Shown one piece after another: positions 10,824 to 21,655 of a stretch of 248,000 nt of DNA (position 1 is the first letter of the stretch; each line of letters starts with the position of its first letter). The position numbers and the translations under genes are program-made. The notes under the pieces are model-generated. The model saw only the letters and a program-made list of their open reading frames with translations, ran no database searches and had not been told where the DNA came from. This stretch comes from Andalucia godoyi And28 (taxonomy: Eukaryota; Protista; Jakobida), in assembly GCA_009859145.1 (NCBI GenBank), contig VRVR01000022.1:20001-268000 (forward strand), written 5' to 3'.

Positions 10824-12467
10824 TCAGATGCCCCAGACGCGACCAAACAAGGACAGCGCAACGATCGGTGCCGGCTTCCACGAGCTGTGACCCACCTGCA
10901 GACATTCGCTGGTTCTCGATTCACTGACTAGGACATCCAGCGCCTCTGGTGGATAAGGAATCGTGCTGTTTCCTGCAAACAGCGGGAAGAACCGAGAAGC
11001 CGCAAAGGACTCGGCGGTGGTGTCGATGCACAGCTTTGCCTTCCTGACAATCGCTTGGGAATGCATCGCACCAGACACTGGACTGCAGTTACCGGCATCC
11101 AGGCACTGCACCAAAGAGCACGATTTCACACAAATCACGCCATTGAACAAGCCGTCCATGGCAACCAATGCATGGGGCTTTGCCGCGTCGATGCGCTCGT
11201 AGGATATGTCCAGGCTGCACTGCACGTCGCCTGCACGGGCACTCAACGATGCTGTCGGGGTGACAATCTTTTGGATATCCATGATCATCGCACCGCACAA
11301 TTCCTGCTGTCGTGGCGACGGCGGCTGCTGCTGCTTCTGCGGCTTCTTGAGCTGCGCTTTCCGAGTCAGAGATACACGAGTCCCGCGAGTGGTGTTGGTG
11401 CTCTGGAAAGAGCTCGCTGAGCTCTCGCGTGGAGGGAAGGCAGGTCGAGGGTTCAAGGGGAGATCAACAATGACCATTTCATCGCGCGGCTCGATTCCTG
11501 AATTGTACGTATAGTCCAGCATTTGACCGCCCGCTCGAAAGACTCCCGATCCCGAGTTGAACCATGACGCGCCAACCGTGCTGACAACAACGTCAATGTC
11601 AAAGTAACGCGCATACGCTTGCCAGAACGGTAACGAAGTGATCACGGGCCCCGTATTCACCCACCATGATGTCACGAGCATTCCCGTGATGTTTCGCTCC
11701 ATCAAGCTCTGAAGCGGATACGGGAACATGATGTCGAAGCACACAAGCATCCCAAACCGTGTGTGCTCATCGGGAGAAAAAACCGTTGGGGTGACCACAG
11801 GAGGCACATCAAACAGCAGCGATTCGGACTTGTACAAGTGCGACTTGAAATACGAAGCAACGATGGTTCCGAAGCTGTCAAACAGCAGAAACGTGTTGTA
11901 CAGCATCTTTGTCCCGGTTTTCGGGTCCATGACGTACGTTGCGAAATCAACGCCCAGATTCACCTTGTACTTTAGTGCCATGCACGAGAGTGCCGGAAGG
12001 GCGTAGAACCGTGCATCTTGGGTGTTCGGAATCGCCTGGATCTCGCTGATTCCTGCACGAGTGTTGAAAAACGGGTCTTGGCATGGATTGATCCCCGAAG
12101 GGGCAACCAACCACTCGGCAAAGTACATCAGTTGGGTGCGATTCAGATTTGCAGAGGATCCATAGAGTCCGTACTCTGGGAAAACCAACAGCTGTGCCGC
12201 GGAATCCTCTGCCCTGCTCAGATACTGGTTATAGTTCTCTAGATTTGTGCGCAACACCGCGCGAGCCGACTCCACATCGGACACCGAAGGATCCGTTTCC
12301 GGCGTGTATTCCACAACCCCAACTTTCAGACTGCTCACAGCATGCACAGCATACGAAGCAAGCAAACAGAGTACAATAAGGCACTTCATGGTCGTCGAAC
12401 CCATTCCAAAGCAAACACACCAACAACAGCAGCAAAGACGCAAAGACGCAAAGACGCAAAGACGCAA
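10824..12467 (-). CDS. vanin/biotinidase-like carbon-nitrogen hydrolase (secreted)
   Basis: nitrilase triad motifs LLVFPEYGL, YFKSHLY, FGMLVCFDIMF; signal peptide; true start probably near 12407. Confidence 0.8.
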   Translation of the reverse strand: MRLCVFASLRLCCCCWCVCFGMGSTTMKCLIVLCLLASYAVHAVSSLKVGVVEYTPETDPSVSDVESARAVLRTNLENYNQYLSRAEDSAAQLLVFPEYGLYGSSANLNRTQLMYFAEWLVAPSGINPCQDPFFNTRAGISEIQAIPNTQDARFYALPALSCMALKYKVNLGVDFATYVMDPKTGTKMLYNTFLLFDSFGTIVASYFKSHLYKSESLLFDVPPVVTPTVFSPDEHTRFGMLVCFDIMFPYPLQSLMERNITGMLVTSWWVNTGPVITSLPFWQAYARYFDIDVVVSTVGASWFNSGSGVFRAGGQMLDYTYNSGIEPRDEMVIVDLPLNPRPAFPPRESSASSFQSTNTTRGTRVSLTRKAQLKKPQKQQQPPSPRQQELCGAMIMDIQKIVTPTASLSARAGDVQCSLDISYERIDAAKPHALVAMDGLFNGVICVKSCSLVQCLDAGNCSPVSGAMHSQAIVRKAKLCIDTTAESFAASRFFPLFAGNSTIPYPPEALDVLVSESRTSECLQVGHSSWKPAPIVALSLFGRVWGI

Positions 12468-12773
12468 AGACGCAAGGCAAGAAGAATGAACGAGGAAAAT
12501 GAAAAAAAACGATGATCGGGAATTTCGATGTCGGGAAATTTACCCAAAGTGTGTGGGCACGCACAATCAACTGATGCTGCGGGATAGGATCGAGTCCGTC
12601 CTTCGAACACTCTCCGCAGTTCCCGCACAGGTTCGACTTTGTCTTTTTGGACGAGCAACTTGCTCGACGCTGGACACCACCCAGCCCAGTGCCCTTCCAC
12701 TGTTTCATCTCTCCGCTGCTCTCGGCTTTTGAATTATTCGGCCGTTGCGTTGGATGGCTGCTCGGCTTCAGTG

Positions 12774-13695
12774 ATGAGTGGAACGGTACTTGTTCTGTTG
12801 ATAGCGCTGGGTGTTGGGTTTTCGGCAGTACGCTCGGAGCCTGTCATTCCTCAGCAGTTTTACGCTGTCCTGAGCGGAGTCGATTTCGGGTACGTTGATT
12901 CCTGGTTTGTCGAGCATGTGTCTGCTCTTCTCTGGCTGTCCAAGTACTCGTCATATTTGTGTGCTAACCGTGATTTGTCTGTTTGTCTGTCTGTCTGTTT
13001 GTTTGTTTGTTTGCTCGCTTGCTTGCTTGCTTGTGTGTGTGTGTGTGTGCAGGACACCCTGGAATGGAACAAAGTACTTTGACGGAGTGAACAAGCGGTT
13101 CCGATTCGACTGGTTTTCAGGGGAGAAAGCATCCGTGTCCATTGCACGATACGATGTGCTGGACAATCAAGGCTGGGGAAAGCTCTTCGCATACTGCAAG
13201 CTGATCGACGTCTGTCAGTATGAGCCGGTTGAGCCGCCGATGAGCTCGGTCGGAAATCTTACGGGTGCTGAATTCAAGGGAATAGTTGAGGTGCGAGGAC
13301 TCCAGACGGAGCACTGGCAGTTCCCGTACAGCTCGCCTCCAGAATATTGGGCTGTCTATGACTACTATGTACAAGAAGTGCATCCGCATGTCTTCTTCTG
13401 GGTTTTTTCCTTTTTTTTTTAATTAATTTAATTTAATCACGCCCTGCCATCTGTTCTTTCTTCTGTTTATCACGGTAACATGTATGCTAACCATCGATAC
13501 CGTTGAGCTCATTTGGCTCGTCCGTTTTTTGATGTCCTGCATTACAGAGATGTGTATTTTCCAGTCCAATTTACATACCATGGATACGACGGTGCGTATG
13601 AGGTTGATTGGCTGCATTTTGAAATAGATACAAAACTGCCAGAGAGCGTTTTTGAACCAGAGCAATCGTATGTTTTGTGCAGCATTCTTCATTAA
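12774..13695 (+). CDS. multi-exon secreted protein, ependymin-related fold possible
   Basis: signal peptide, then exons separated by GT-AG introns; YFDGVNKRFRFD and GLQTEHW segments. Confidence 0.4.
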
Positions 13696-14109
13696 TCTAC
13701 CAACGTTTGATGTTGTAGAATTCAAATGCTGATGTCCTTTGTGGAACTTGGGGAATAGTTGGCCAGCTTGCGAACCGCTGTCCACACTCGCCCCTGAAAA
13801 GGCAAAGAAGGGCCGGTTGGATGATGACGTCGCCGAGCAACATCGTGGGCTGAGCAAACTCGTTGCCCTCGGTGCCAAAGACTACTTGTGAGCACGCACT
13901 CGAGCAGCGATGGGTCTTTATTGTACTTTTGACTCTCTGCGGATCGCAAATGAAGAGGAACAACAACAACAACAACAACAATAATAATAATAATAATAAT
14001 TAAAAAGGCAGCGTTCTAAGTTAAGAAAATAGGGTTTCGGAAGGTCTACGTCTACTGAAAGAACATTCCTGCAATCCTTTACGGCGAATCTGGAATCTCA
14101 TCAAAGACA

Positions 14110-14538
14110 TTAATTAAAGAACCGTGTGCAGGTCACAAGGAAACTGCAAAAAGACCCAAAGGACGGAGGACCATGATGCTCTCTCCTCGCAGCCTCTGGA
14201 AACAAGTCCAGAAAGAACTGTCGGGGTTCCTCGGAATCGCACCCAAACAGCTGAACTGGGTAGCAATTGGCAGATCCCCAAACGGGCTGCTTCCTTGTCA
14301 AAGGCCCCGCTGGGTATGCATCCACAAGGATTTTCAGTACCTCGGCATCCACCGGTGCATTGTCGCACGCATGGTGGATCAGCAGACTTCCAGAACTGTC
14401 AGATTCTCCTGCAGCCGATGGATTCACAGCGACCAACATCCGCACGATCCGCGTGTCCGCGGCTGTCTTTACAAAAAGCACTTGTCTCCACGGAGAAACG
14501 GCCAGGTGCAGCGCACGTTGTTGCTGGAAAGCATGCAC
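14110..14538 (-). CDS. small ankyrin-like protein
   Basis: ALHLAV, LIHHACD..VLKILVDAYP. Confidence 0.45.
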   Translation of the reverse strand: MHAFQQQRALHLAVSPWRQVLFVKTAADTRIVRMLVAVNPSAAGESDSSGSLLIHHACDNAPVDAEVLKILVDAYPAGPLTRKQPVWGSANCYPVQLFGCDSEEPRQFFLDLFPEAARREHHGPPSFGSFCSFLVTCTRFFN

Positions 14539-14882
14539 TTTGGAAGGTGCCTTCTGGATAAGCTGCGAGGGTCGAAGCGTTGCACATTCTTTTTCGCGTC
14601 AAGAGCCCGATGCAAAAACAGCTATACTGCTTGCCAGCCGCCCGCCAGCCTGCCAGTTTGTTCGGGTTGCTGGCTTTTGTGTGCTGATTTAGCCAACGCT
14701 TGCATCGTCCCAGCAGTTCACAACCATCAACCACTGCCTATTTATTCTACACTCTACAACTGTGTCTTTTGTGTCCTGCGACCGGCGCCCTGCGACCTGC
14801 TTCACACCGAGAAAACTCCGCAGTCATCCAATCCAAAAGAATATTTAAAAAAGACTTGAACAACCCGCATGCCAGACACGCA

Positions 14883-17801
14883 TTACAATAGGCTATTGTG
14901 CTTAAGAACTCGCTTGATAAATGCGGAGCCTCGAATGGAAGAATTGGCAGATCCGCTAAACGAAGAGGCGTGCGATGCAACAGAACTGGAAGAGCGGAAG
15001 GTGCTCTGCAGATCACTCTCTTCGGATCGCACCTCGTTGGCTGCATTTTGCCGTCGATCAATAAAAGCAAACGTGCCTTCTCGGTCTCTCCTCTCTGCTT
15101 CCAACTCCAACAGCTCCTCTTCAGACATCTTCTGATCGGCCTTGCCAAACATGCCGTCCGGATGAGCGGCGCGCCCTTTCACAGGATCGAAAGAGAGGTT
15201 CTTTGGCCCGTTCTTCGGCGAAACCGGCTGCAAAGGCCCAACTTTGGCAAAAAAGGGCGCTCGGCTCTTCTTCTTTTCTGGATCAAAAACCTTTGCTTGA
15301 TCAGGATCGGAAGACAGCAACGGCGATCGTGGCTTTGCATCGTCTTCAGTATCCTTGCGAATCGTGATGAACTTCGGCACATTGCTCACAGCGGGAAGTG
15401 GCGAGCCTTTTTGTGGAGACCGCGAGCGCCCAGGTGCTGTGCGAGCCCGGAGGGCTGGTGCAGCACCGTCCATCAGCGTGTCGAACACGTGATCGGGGAC
15501 AGTCTCGACCTTGGCTTTCATGACTGCGCCGGCAAATTCTCGCTGGAAACGTGCCGCCCATTCAGCTTTCAAAAACTGCAAGCGGGGGCGATACTTCTTG
15601 GCAAAACTGAAAAACGTATCCTTGTACGGAGACGGAACGTGCACCCAGCATTCTCTCATTGTCAAGATACGCGGCGCAGAATGACGTTTGGGACCGAGCG
15701 ATTCGTCCTGAGCGACAGTGCTGCAGGACACCAAAGACGGCGTGTCATCGCTAAAAAAGAACCCATCGTCCTCCATAGCAGCAAAGCATTCCGTGTACAG
15801 CTGAACCGACGACCGCAGATCTTCCCGCTCGTCCGCTATGATCGCCTCCTCAATCTTCCGCATCAAACACCCGACATATCTGTACGCGCGCTCCTCGTTT
15901 CGCATTTGCTTGAACGTAACATCCTCTATCCACTTCTGCTTCTGCATCATGAGTTGCTTTCGGAAAGCATGGTTGTCAAACTTTTCCGCCTTGCGCAGAA
16001 TGTCATGTGCGCGAACAGTGGCACGGAACTCTTGCAGCATTCCCTGCTGCTGCTCACGCAAATGTCGTGCGTACTCCGTGTACTCGCCTCTACCATTTTC
16101 TGATTCCGTGGCCTCTGAACTCGTGTCGGGATGCTCCGCTTCTTCCATTTCCTTTTCCTTCTCCGCTTGCAGTGTTTTCAATTTGGGAACGATGTGCTTC
16201 ACCCAGGAAATGCGCCACTGCGGATACACTTGCACCGTGGGGCTCGTCTTGTCCAGAAAGAAGTCCACGAGAGGAGACCTAGAGTACACATCAAACACGG
16301 TGGTTTCGGTGCGATACAGTTGCTTCACCAGCGGTCGGTCGAATACCTTGGTTGATCCTGCAGCATACCATTTACTGACGCCGGAAGACGTTCCTGGTCT
16401 TGAGGGCTTACGCACGGACAGCTGAGACTGAATCGTGACCGCGGAAACAACAGATCGGGGAGAGAGAGCAGTCGAACGAGGCGACGTAGAGGTGAAGGGG
16501 TCGGGAGATGACGCATCGGCCGTCGCGGAGCCCGGTTGGACAGATGCCGCAACACCCATAAACGACCTCGAATACATCCGATTGTGGATCGATTTCGACT
16601 TTTCCTTTTCGTCCATTTCCATTGTTTTCAGTTTTTTGTGCAGTTTCTTGAAGGCAAACTTTTTGGTTTCCTCTTCTGATTCGGCGTTGTCCGCCACGTT
16701 CAGGAACCTCCGCGGTTCTTCGTAATCTGGGTGGGACGGATCGGACAGCGCATCGACAGAGGATCGTGGAATCATGTTGGCTCGCAGGGACCGATCCCCA
16801 AGGGATAGCAAATCACCAGAACCGCTGGCCCTCGAAGACGTCCTGTTGGATCCAGTCGCATCTGACTGCGCGCTACCTCCGCGGCTCGGCCGTCTTTCCA
16901 TCACTGGTTCTGATAGCATGTCCGAGGTGGATGCTGTGTTCTTCATCATATTCGAAAGCTGGAGCGCTCTCTTTGCTCGTTTCCACGACTCCTTGCCCTC
17001 CTGAATGACCCGCTTCAGCGTTGGCACAATGCGCTCCGTCGACTTCCAGTGGCTATAGGCAGGCTCCGGAGGCACCATCCCCGTCATCCACACGCTCACA
17101 GTTCTTGATATTAGAATCTTGAACTGATCATTGTCGAAAATTGACTTGGTCATTGGGAAACAGATTGTAAATCCCGTGAAGATGCTTTGCGAAACCACGT
17201 CCGGAAAGAATTTGAGCACCGGGTCACGCGACCGGGTATCCAGGCTGAGGAACGCTGCACAGTACGAATGCGCCATTCTCAGAAAGAGATGTTCTTGTTC
17301 CTTGGCCACATTAGAAATGCTGTGGATGGACGGAAGTTCCAATGCCGACGACATGTCCAAAAAGAACCACCAAAACGACGACGCATAGAACGCCTCGACA
17401 GGCTTTGAAAACAGAAAGTTCCTGAACGTATCGCGCACAGTAGACCTCTCGCTCTTGAACTCCATGTGCACGAAAATGTCCCTGAAGATCGGGACGGGCG
17501 AGATCCCATGTGGAAGACATAGAGCTTCGCTGAAGTTCAGCGAGTGCGACAGGTCCACAGGAAAGGCGTGCTCCTCCAGACGGCCCGTTCGCGTCGTGAT
17601 AATCAACCTTGGATACACATTCTCGCCCTTTGCAGATGCTTCCGGCTCCAGCTCTGCGACTCCAGCACTTGGTCGGACATCCAGCCGAGACGCAGCCTCA
17701 ATCCCCTCTGAGAACGGATTCGGCATCACTGCCTCCTCGACCTCAGCCTCAGTCAATGCAAACACACCCGACATCATCGTCCACCTCCACGCATCCAACA
17801 A
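14883..17801 (-). CDS. FAM227-like (FWWh domain) protein
   Basis: SSFWWFFL..LFLRMAHSY..FFPDVVSQSIFTGF..FP. Confidence 0.7.
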   Translation of the reverse strand: MLDAWRWTMMSGVFALTEAEVEEAVMPNPFSEGIEAASRLDVRPSAGVAELEPEASAKGENVYPRLIITTRTGRLEEHAFPVDLSHSLNFSEALCLPHGISPVPIFRDIFVHMEFKSERSTVRDTFRNFLFSKPVEAFYASSFWWFFLDMSSALELPSIHSISNVAKEQEHLFLRMAHSYCAAFLSLDTRSRDPVLKFFPDVVSQSIFTGFTICFPMTKSIFDNDQFKILISRTVSVWMTGMVPPEPAYSHWKSTERIVPTLKRVIQEGKESWKRAKRALQLSNMMKNTASTSDMLSEPVMERRPSRGGSAQSDATGSNRTSSRASGSGDLLSLGDRSLRANMIPRSSVDALSDPSHPDYEEPRRFLNVADNAESEEETKKFAFKKLHKKLKTMEMDEKEKSKSIHNRMYSRSFMGVAASVQPGSATADASSPDPFTSTSPRSTALSPRSVVSAVTIQSQLSVRKPSRPGTSSGVSKWYAAGSTKVFDRPLVKQLYRTETTVFDVYSRSPLVDFFLDKTSPTVQVYPQWRISWVKHIVPKLKTLQAEKEKEMEEAEHPDTSSEATESENGRGEYTEYARHLREQQQGMLQEFRATVRAHDILRKAEKFDNHAFRKQLMMQKQKWIEDVTFKQMRNEERAYRYVGCLMRKIEEAIIADEREDLRSSVQLYTECFAAMEDDGFFFSDDTPSLVSCSTVAQDESLGPKRHSAPRILTMRECWVHVPSPYKDTFFSFAKKYRPRLQFLKAEWAARFQREFAGAVMKAKVETVPDHVFDTLMDGAAPALRARTAPGRSRSPQKGSPLPAVSNVPKFITIRKDTEDDAKPRSPLLSSDPDQAKVFDPEKKKSRAPFFAKVGPLQPVSPKNGPKNLSFDPVKGRAAHPDGMFGKADQKMSEEELLELEAERRDREGTFAFIDRRQNAANEVRSEESDLQSTFRSSSSVASHASSFSGSANSSIRGSAFIKRVLKHNSLL

Positions 17802-18189
17802 TATATATCAATACACAATAACCGCAATAGCAATAACAGCCTCTGGCTGCATAAATAAATATGGTACAACACTCGTAAAATACAAAATATGATAATAATA
17901 ATAATAATAATAATAATAATAGTAATACAAATGGACGTTGACTCGGGATTCCTCTTCAACAATGAATGAACGAAGACAAAGCTTTTAATAAAATAGTAAT
18001 TATTCAGAGGTTTTGAAAGGAACGCAACAGTCGGTTCAGCTGCGACATAACTGCTGCTGCTCTGTTTCGAGAGCAGTGTCTCACGTGATGCTACAATGGT
18101 GGGGACTTTTTTTGTTCCAGTCGTAGATGTGCGTGAAAGGGAAGGAAACAAAAGGAAAATGAGAGGATGTTTGGGTGTGCGGGTGTGTG

Positions 18190-18239
<50 letters not shown>

Positions 18240-18266
18240 TATGCGTTGAATGAGAGGTGAGGGTTC

Positions 18267-20537
18267 ATGAATGAAGAGTGGGAGTACAAGACAGAAGCGT
18301 TCCTTGGGAAAGGCGCGTTTGGAGAAGTCCACAAGGTATATGTTCCGCATCTTGGCCGGTGTTTTGCAGTGAAGATCCTGGAGCTTGGCGGGAATGTGCA
18401 GTCCATTGAGCAGGCTCCGAGCACGGTCAAGCAGGAAATAAGTCTTATGTGCTCGCTTGTCCATCCGCACATTGTAAGATTGGAGAATTTCCAGTTTCAC
18501 TTCCAGTCCAACGAGGACCTCCTCAGGAGTTTGAAATTGCAGCAACAGCAGCAACATCTGCAGCAACAGCAAGGCCAGATGCTGAGTTCGAGCATGGTTA
18601 GCGAGCTGCTGGGAAAGAGATCCAAGGCATTTCTGTTTCTCGAGTATGTTCCAGGACAGACACTTTCAGGCATGCTTGCCAAGTACGGACCGCTCCCGCT
18701 GGCTGTGATGAAGCGACAGCTGCGACAACTGTGCTCTGCGTTGCACTACATGCATGTGCGACACATTGTGCACCGGGACTTGAAGCCCGCAAACATCATT
18801 ATCCATGACTCCGATGGAGGCGTGAAGCTTACGGACTTGGGGATTTCGCGATCTGTGCAATCAACATTGGCAGGCTCAGAGACAAAGGGTCATGTGCCTG
18901 CTGGGACGCCGGCATACATGGCCCCTGAGTTACTGCGGGCTAGATCATACTGCACCCGCACAGACATATGGGCGCTCGGTTGTGTAGCATTGGAGATGGC
19001 TTCTGCACGGTCCCCCTACCACGATCTCGACAACATGTATGCAATCCTATTTCGCATCGCCGCAGCCCACAAGCCCAGCAAACCGCAAAATCATCCGTAT
19101 GGACTCGAGTTTGATGAATTCCTCGATGTCTGTTGGAATCCAGATCCAGCTGGAAGGCCGTCTGCCTTGGACCTGCTCGTCAAGCATCCGTTTCTGCGGC
19201 TTGCAGACGGTGAATCTGACGAGTTTGTGCGACGCACCGTGCAGGATTCTGTGTTTGGATCCCGCGTTGTGCGGTCCATTTCCGTCACAAATTCAAATCC
19301 AGCCGTTTCTCCCACTCCTGTGTGTCCAGCTCCAGTTTCTCCGGCCAGCAGCTTGAACACGGTCGATGCGAAGGCTTCCAGCGTTTCCAGCTCTCCGATG
19401 GCGGCCTCAAGTCCCGTCCCCGTCGGCTCCTGTTTCCGAGTCTATTCAAGCAAGCACAACAACACGATCCTTGCGATTGGCTGTTTGCAAGGCCATCTGT
19501 GTCGATCCGTCTCGTACCAAGTGTCCGCAACCTCGCGTCATTTCCCCTCCGTTCTGGCAGTCGAAAAGTGCAACATACGGGACTTTTCAGCGGAATCTGT
19601 CCGATTTGTCGTGGCAGCTCTCGAGAAACTGGCGCTTCGCACGTTCTCCTCCGCGACATCATTTGCAGAACCACAGACCTGGTTCACGGCGGAGACGCTG
19701 TGCAAGTATCTGCCGTCTGCGGATGACCGGTCGATTTCATTGCTGATGATCTGTGCACCCGACTTGACGGCCCGGTCCCTTCTCGACAACCTGTCATGGC
19801 TTCTTGAGCCGTGTTTGGAATGCTTTTCGTCCTCGTTACCGTCTGCGCACGATCATCGCTCGTCATTTGGAGCAGCCGGCTCCTCAGTTCCCCACAGATT
19901 GCGCATCTTGCTGTTGGTCAAGGACAGCCTTCCAAGAGACGTTATTCGCACCTCTGGCATTTCAACGATTGATTTTCCGGTCGATTCAAACGTAGGAGAC
20001 AGTTCCCCGGATATTGCAAAGTTTTCGCTGCGGCTGTTTGCCGATCCGGTGGTTCTGCGGAGTGCGCCAGTCGCGTCGAATTTCCCACTTCCCGCAGGCT
20101 CGGAAGGACTTTCGACCTCTGCAACAAGTTCTGTGTCAACCTCCGTCAGCTCCGACAGCCCGCGGTCGGTTTCCTCGTCGGTTTCCTCGCAGAATTTGAC
20201 ATCTCCCGACGGCCCCATGTTTGTCCTTGAGCAAACCTCGGACGTGCATGTCCGAATACGAGGCAGGCTGGACGGGACACCCGTAACATTCGCTGCCTTC
20301 TTCCCTCCATCCACCAGGATCCAGGATGTCAGCGATGCTCTGCAACAAGCGTGTCGCGGAACTTCATTCTCCAGTAACATTCGTGTGCGCCTACGATCTG
20401 CCTTATCCGCGACATCGGTGTCTGGATTTCGATTAGACGATGCTTTCTTATCTCCATTGCTGAAGCTCTCCGACATCCTCTCGCTCTACACATCGCCCGA
20501 CGCCGTCCCGACTGTCGACTTTTCCATCGTGCTCTAA
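18267..20537 (+). CDS. Ser/Thr kinase, STE11/MAP3K-like
   Basis: LGKGAFGEV, HRDLKPAN, DLG, GTPAYMAPE. Confidence 0.85.
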   Translation: MNEEWEYKTEAFLGKGAFGEVHKVYVPHLGRCFAVKILELGGNVQSIEQAPSTVKQEISLMCSLVHPHIVRLENFQFHFQSNEDLLRSLKLQQQQQHLQQQQGQMLSSSMVSELLGKRSKAFLFLEYVPGQTLSGMLAKYGPLPLAVMKRQLRQLCSALHYMHVRHIVHRDLKPANIIIHDSDGGVKLTDLGISRSVQSTLAGSETKGHVPAGTPAYMAPELLRARSYCTRTDIWALGCVALEMASARSPYHDLDNMYAILFRIAAAHKPSKPQNHPYGLEFDEFLDVCWNPDPAGRPSALDLLVKHPFLRLADGESDEFVRRTVQDSVFGSRVVRSISVTNSNPAVSPTPVCPAPVSPASSLNTVDAKASSVSSSPMAASSPVPVGSCFRVYSSKHNNTILAIGCLQGHLCRSVSYQVSATSRHFPSVLAVEKCNIRDFSAESVRFVVAALEKLALRTFSSATSFAEPQTWFTAETLCKYLPSADDRSISLLMICAPDLTARSLLDNLSWLLEPCLECFSSSLPSAHDHRSSFGAAGSSVPHRLRILLLVKDSLPRDVIRTSGISTIDFPVDSNVGDSSPDIAKFSLRLFADPVVLRSAPVASNFPLPAGSEGLSTSATSSVSTSVSSDSPRSVSSSVSSQNLTSPDGPMFVLEQTSDVHVRIRGRLDGTPVTFAAFFPPSTRIQDVSDALQQACRGTSFSSNIRVRLRSALSATSVSGFRLDDAFLSPLLKLSDILSLYTSPDAVPTVDFSIVL

Positions 20538-20636
20538 AAACAGCGGTGGTGAAGAAGAGAAACACGACTTCACCTGCTGTACGATCCCAAATCTTAGACT
20601 CACTTGATGCTTTCGTGTCCCTTCCTCTTGCAACAG

Positions 20637-21143
20637 CTGCCACTTATTGCGATATGATGAAGCAATCCAAAGCGCACGTTTAAACAAAAAACACTGCCAC
20701 GCGCCATGCGCATGCGTTTGCTATCTTAAGCAACTCCGTCACACGATGCCTGATTCGTTTCGCCCCCATTTTGATCATGAAATCCCTATAAACACGCCGC
20801 CGCGTTGCATTCTCGCACAGCGACGCTCATTACTTATTCTCTTTTTTATTTTTTATTGTCCATGCAACGCTGCGCAAGACCCATGGCATCTCCACCGACG
20901 CTGGGCCGCCGCCAGGGAAGATCGCCAAGGCGACAACGACGTGGCAGATGTTGACACGGGGCCATTATCAATTCCAACAGCGGCAGGTGTCGATTGTGAC
21001 TTGTGACGGAGGTGTACGCGTCTGAAACGTGCGGCCGCTGCGGGGAAATCCATCGCAAGTTGTATGAAAACAAGGTGTTGGGTTGCAACATTGATCATGG
21101 GTGATCAGCGATGATTATCCGTGGTTAGTGTACAATGTAGGCG
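20637..21143 (+). mobile_element. non-autonomous Fanzor2/IS607-like element, subfamily B (B1)
   Basis: ACAG|CTGCCACTT left end; remnant KIAKATT-QMLTRGHYQFQQR and EVYASETCGRCG; right end TACAATGTAGGCG. Confidence 0.85.
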
Positions 21144-21204
21144 CTCGGCAAAGACGTGAATCATCATACTGTAAGAGATCATCGGCTAAGCTGTTTTCGT
21201 TTTT

Positions 21205-21292
21205 ATTTGGGCCGATCACCAACGCTTTCAATGCAGATCGCACTGCATCAAAGGGGCATCGCAACCACGAGTTTCTTGGTGCTCGGTATCTT
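21205..21292 (+). repeat. unclassified dispersed repeat D (copy 1)
   Basis: shares ttcaatgcagat..catcgcaaccacgag..cttgg..ctcggtatct with 48.8 kb and 140.9 kb. Confidence 0.6.
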
Positions 21293-21655
21293 CGAAAAAG
21301 AACGGAAAGAAAAGAAAAGAAAGTGAAGCACGAAGAAATTCTAGACTTGATTACGGTAGGAAAAACTGCGTTCTCATAGGGTTAGTACGGTAGGTGAAAG
21401 GAAAAAAACTTCCGATATGATACTGTTGCAAAAAACGCGGTCAACCGTTTCTCGTCTCGAATCAACGACTAATTCCTGTCTTTCGTTTCCGGGAAAAAGA
21501 AAACCACGATTTCCGTGTTTCTTGATTTTACTCTTTTGATTTTCGTTTCCTGCTTTTTGAACTTTGAAATCTTTTTATTATTATTGTTGTTGGTTTTTGT
21601 TAGAGTTACTTTTATTATTTTTAAATTTAAAACAAAAGCATCAAGTCAGAGGGAG

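Noticed and set aside
21515-21655. Hydrophobic N-terminal extensions given by TTG/GTG starts in the ORF track (KIF9, RRN3, eIF4A3, PP2A, RPL7, CFAP52, G-alpha and others)
   Set aside because: They are translated T-rich 5' UTR or promoter sequence; the first suitable ATG was used instead.
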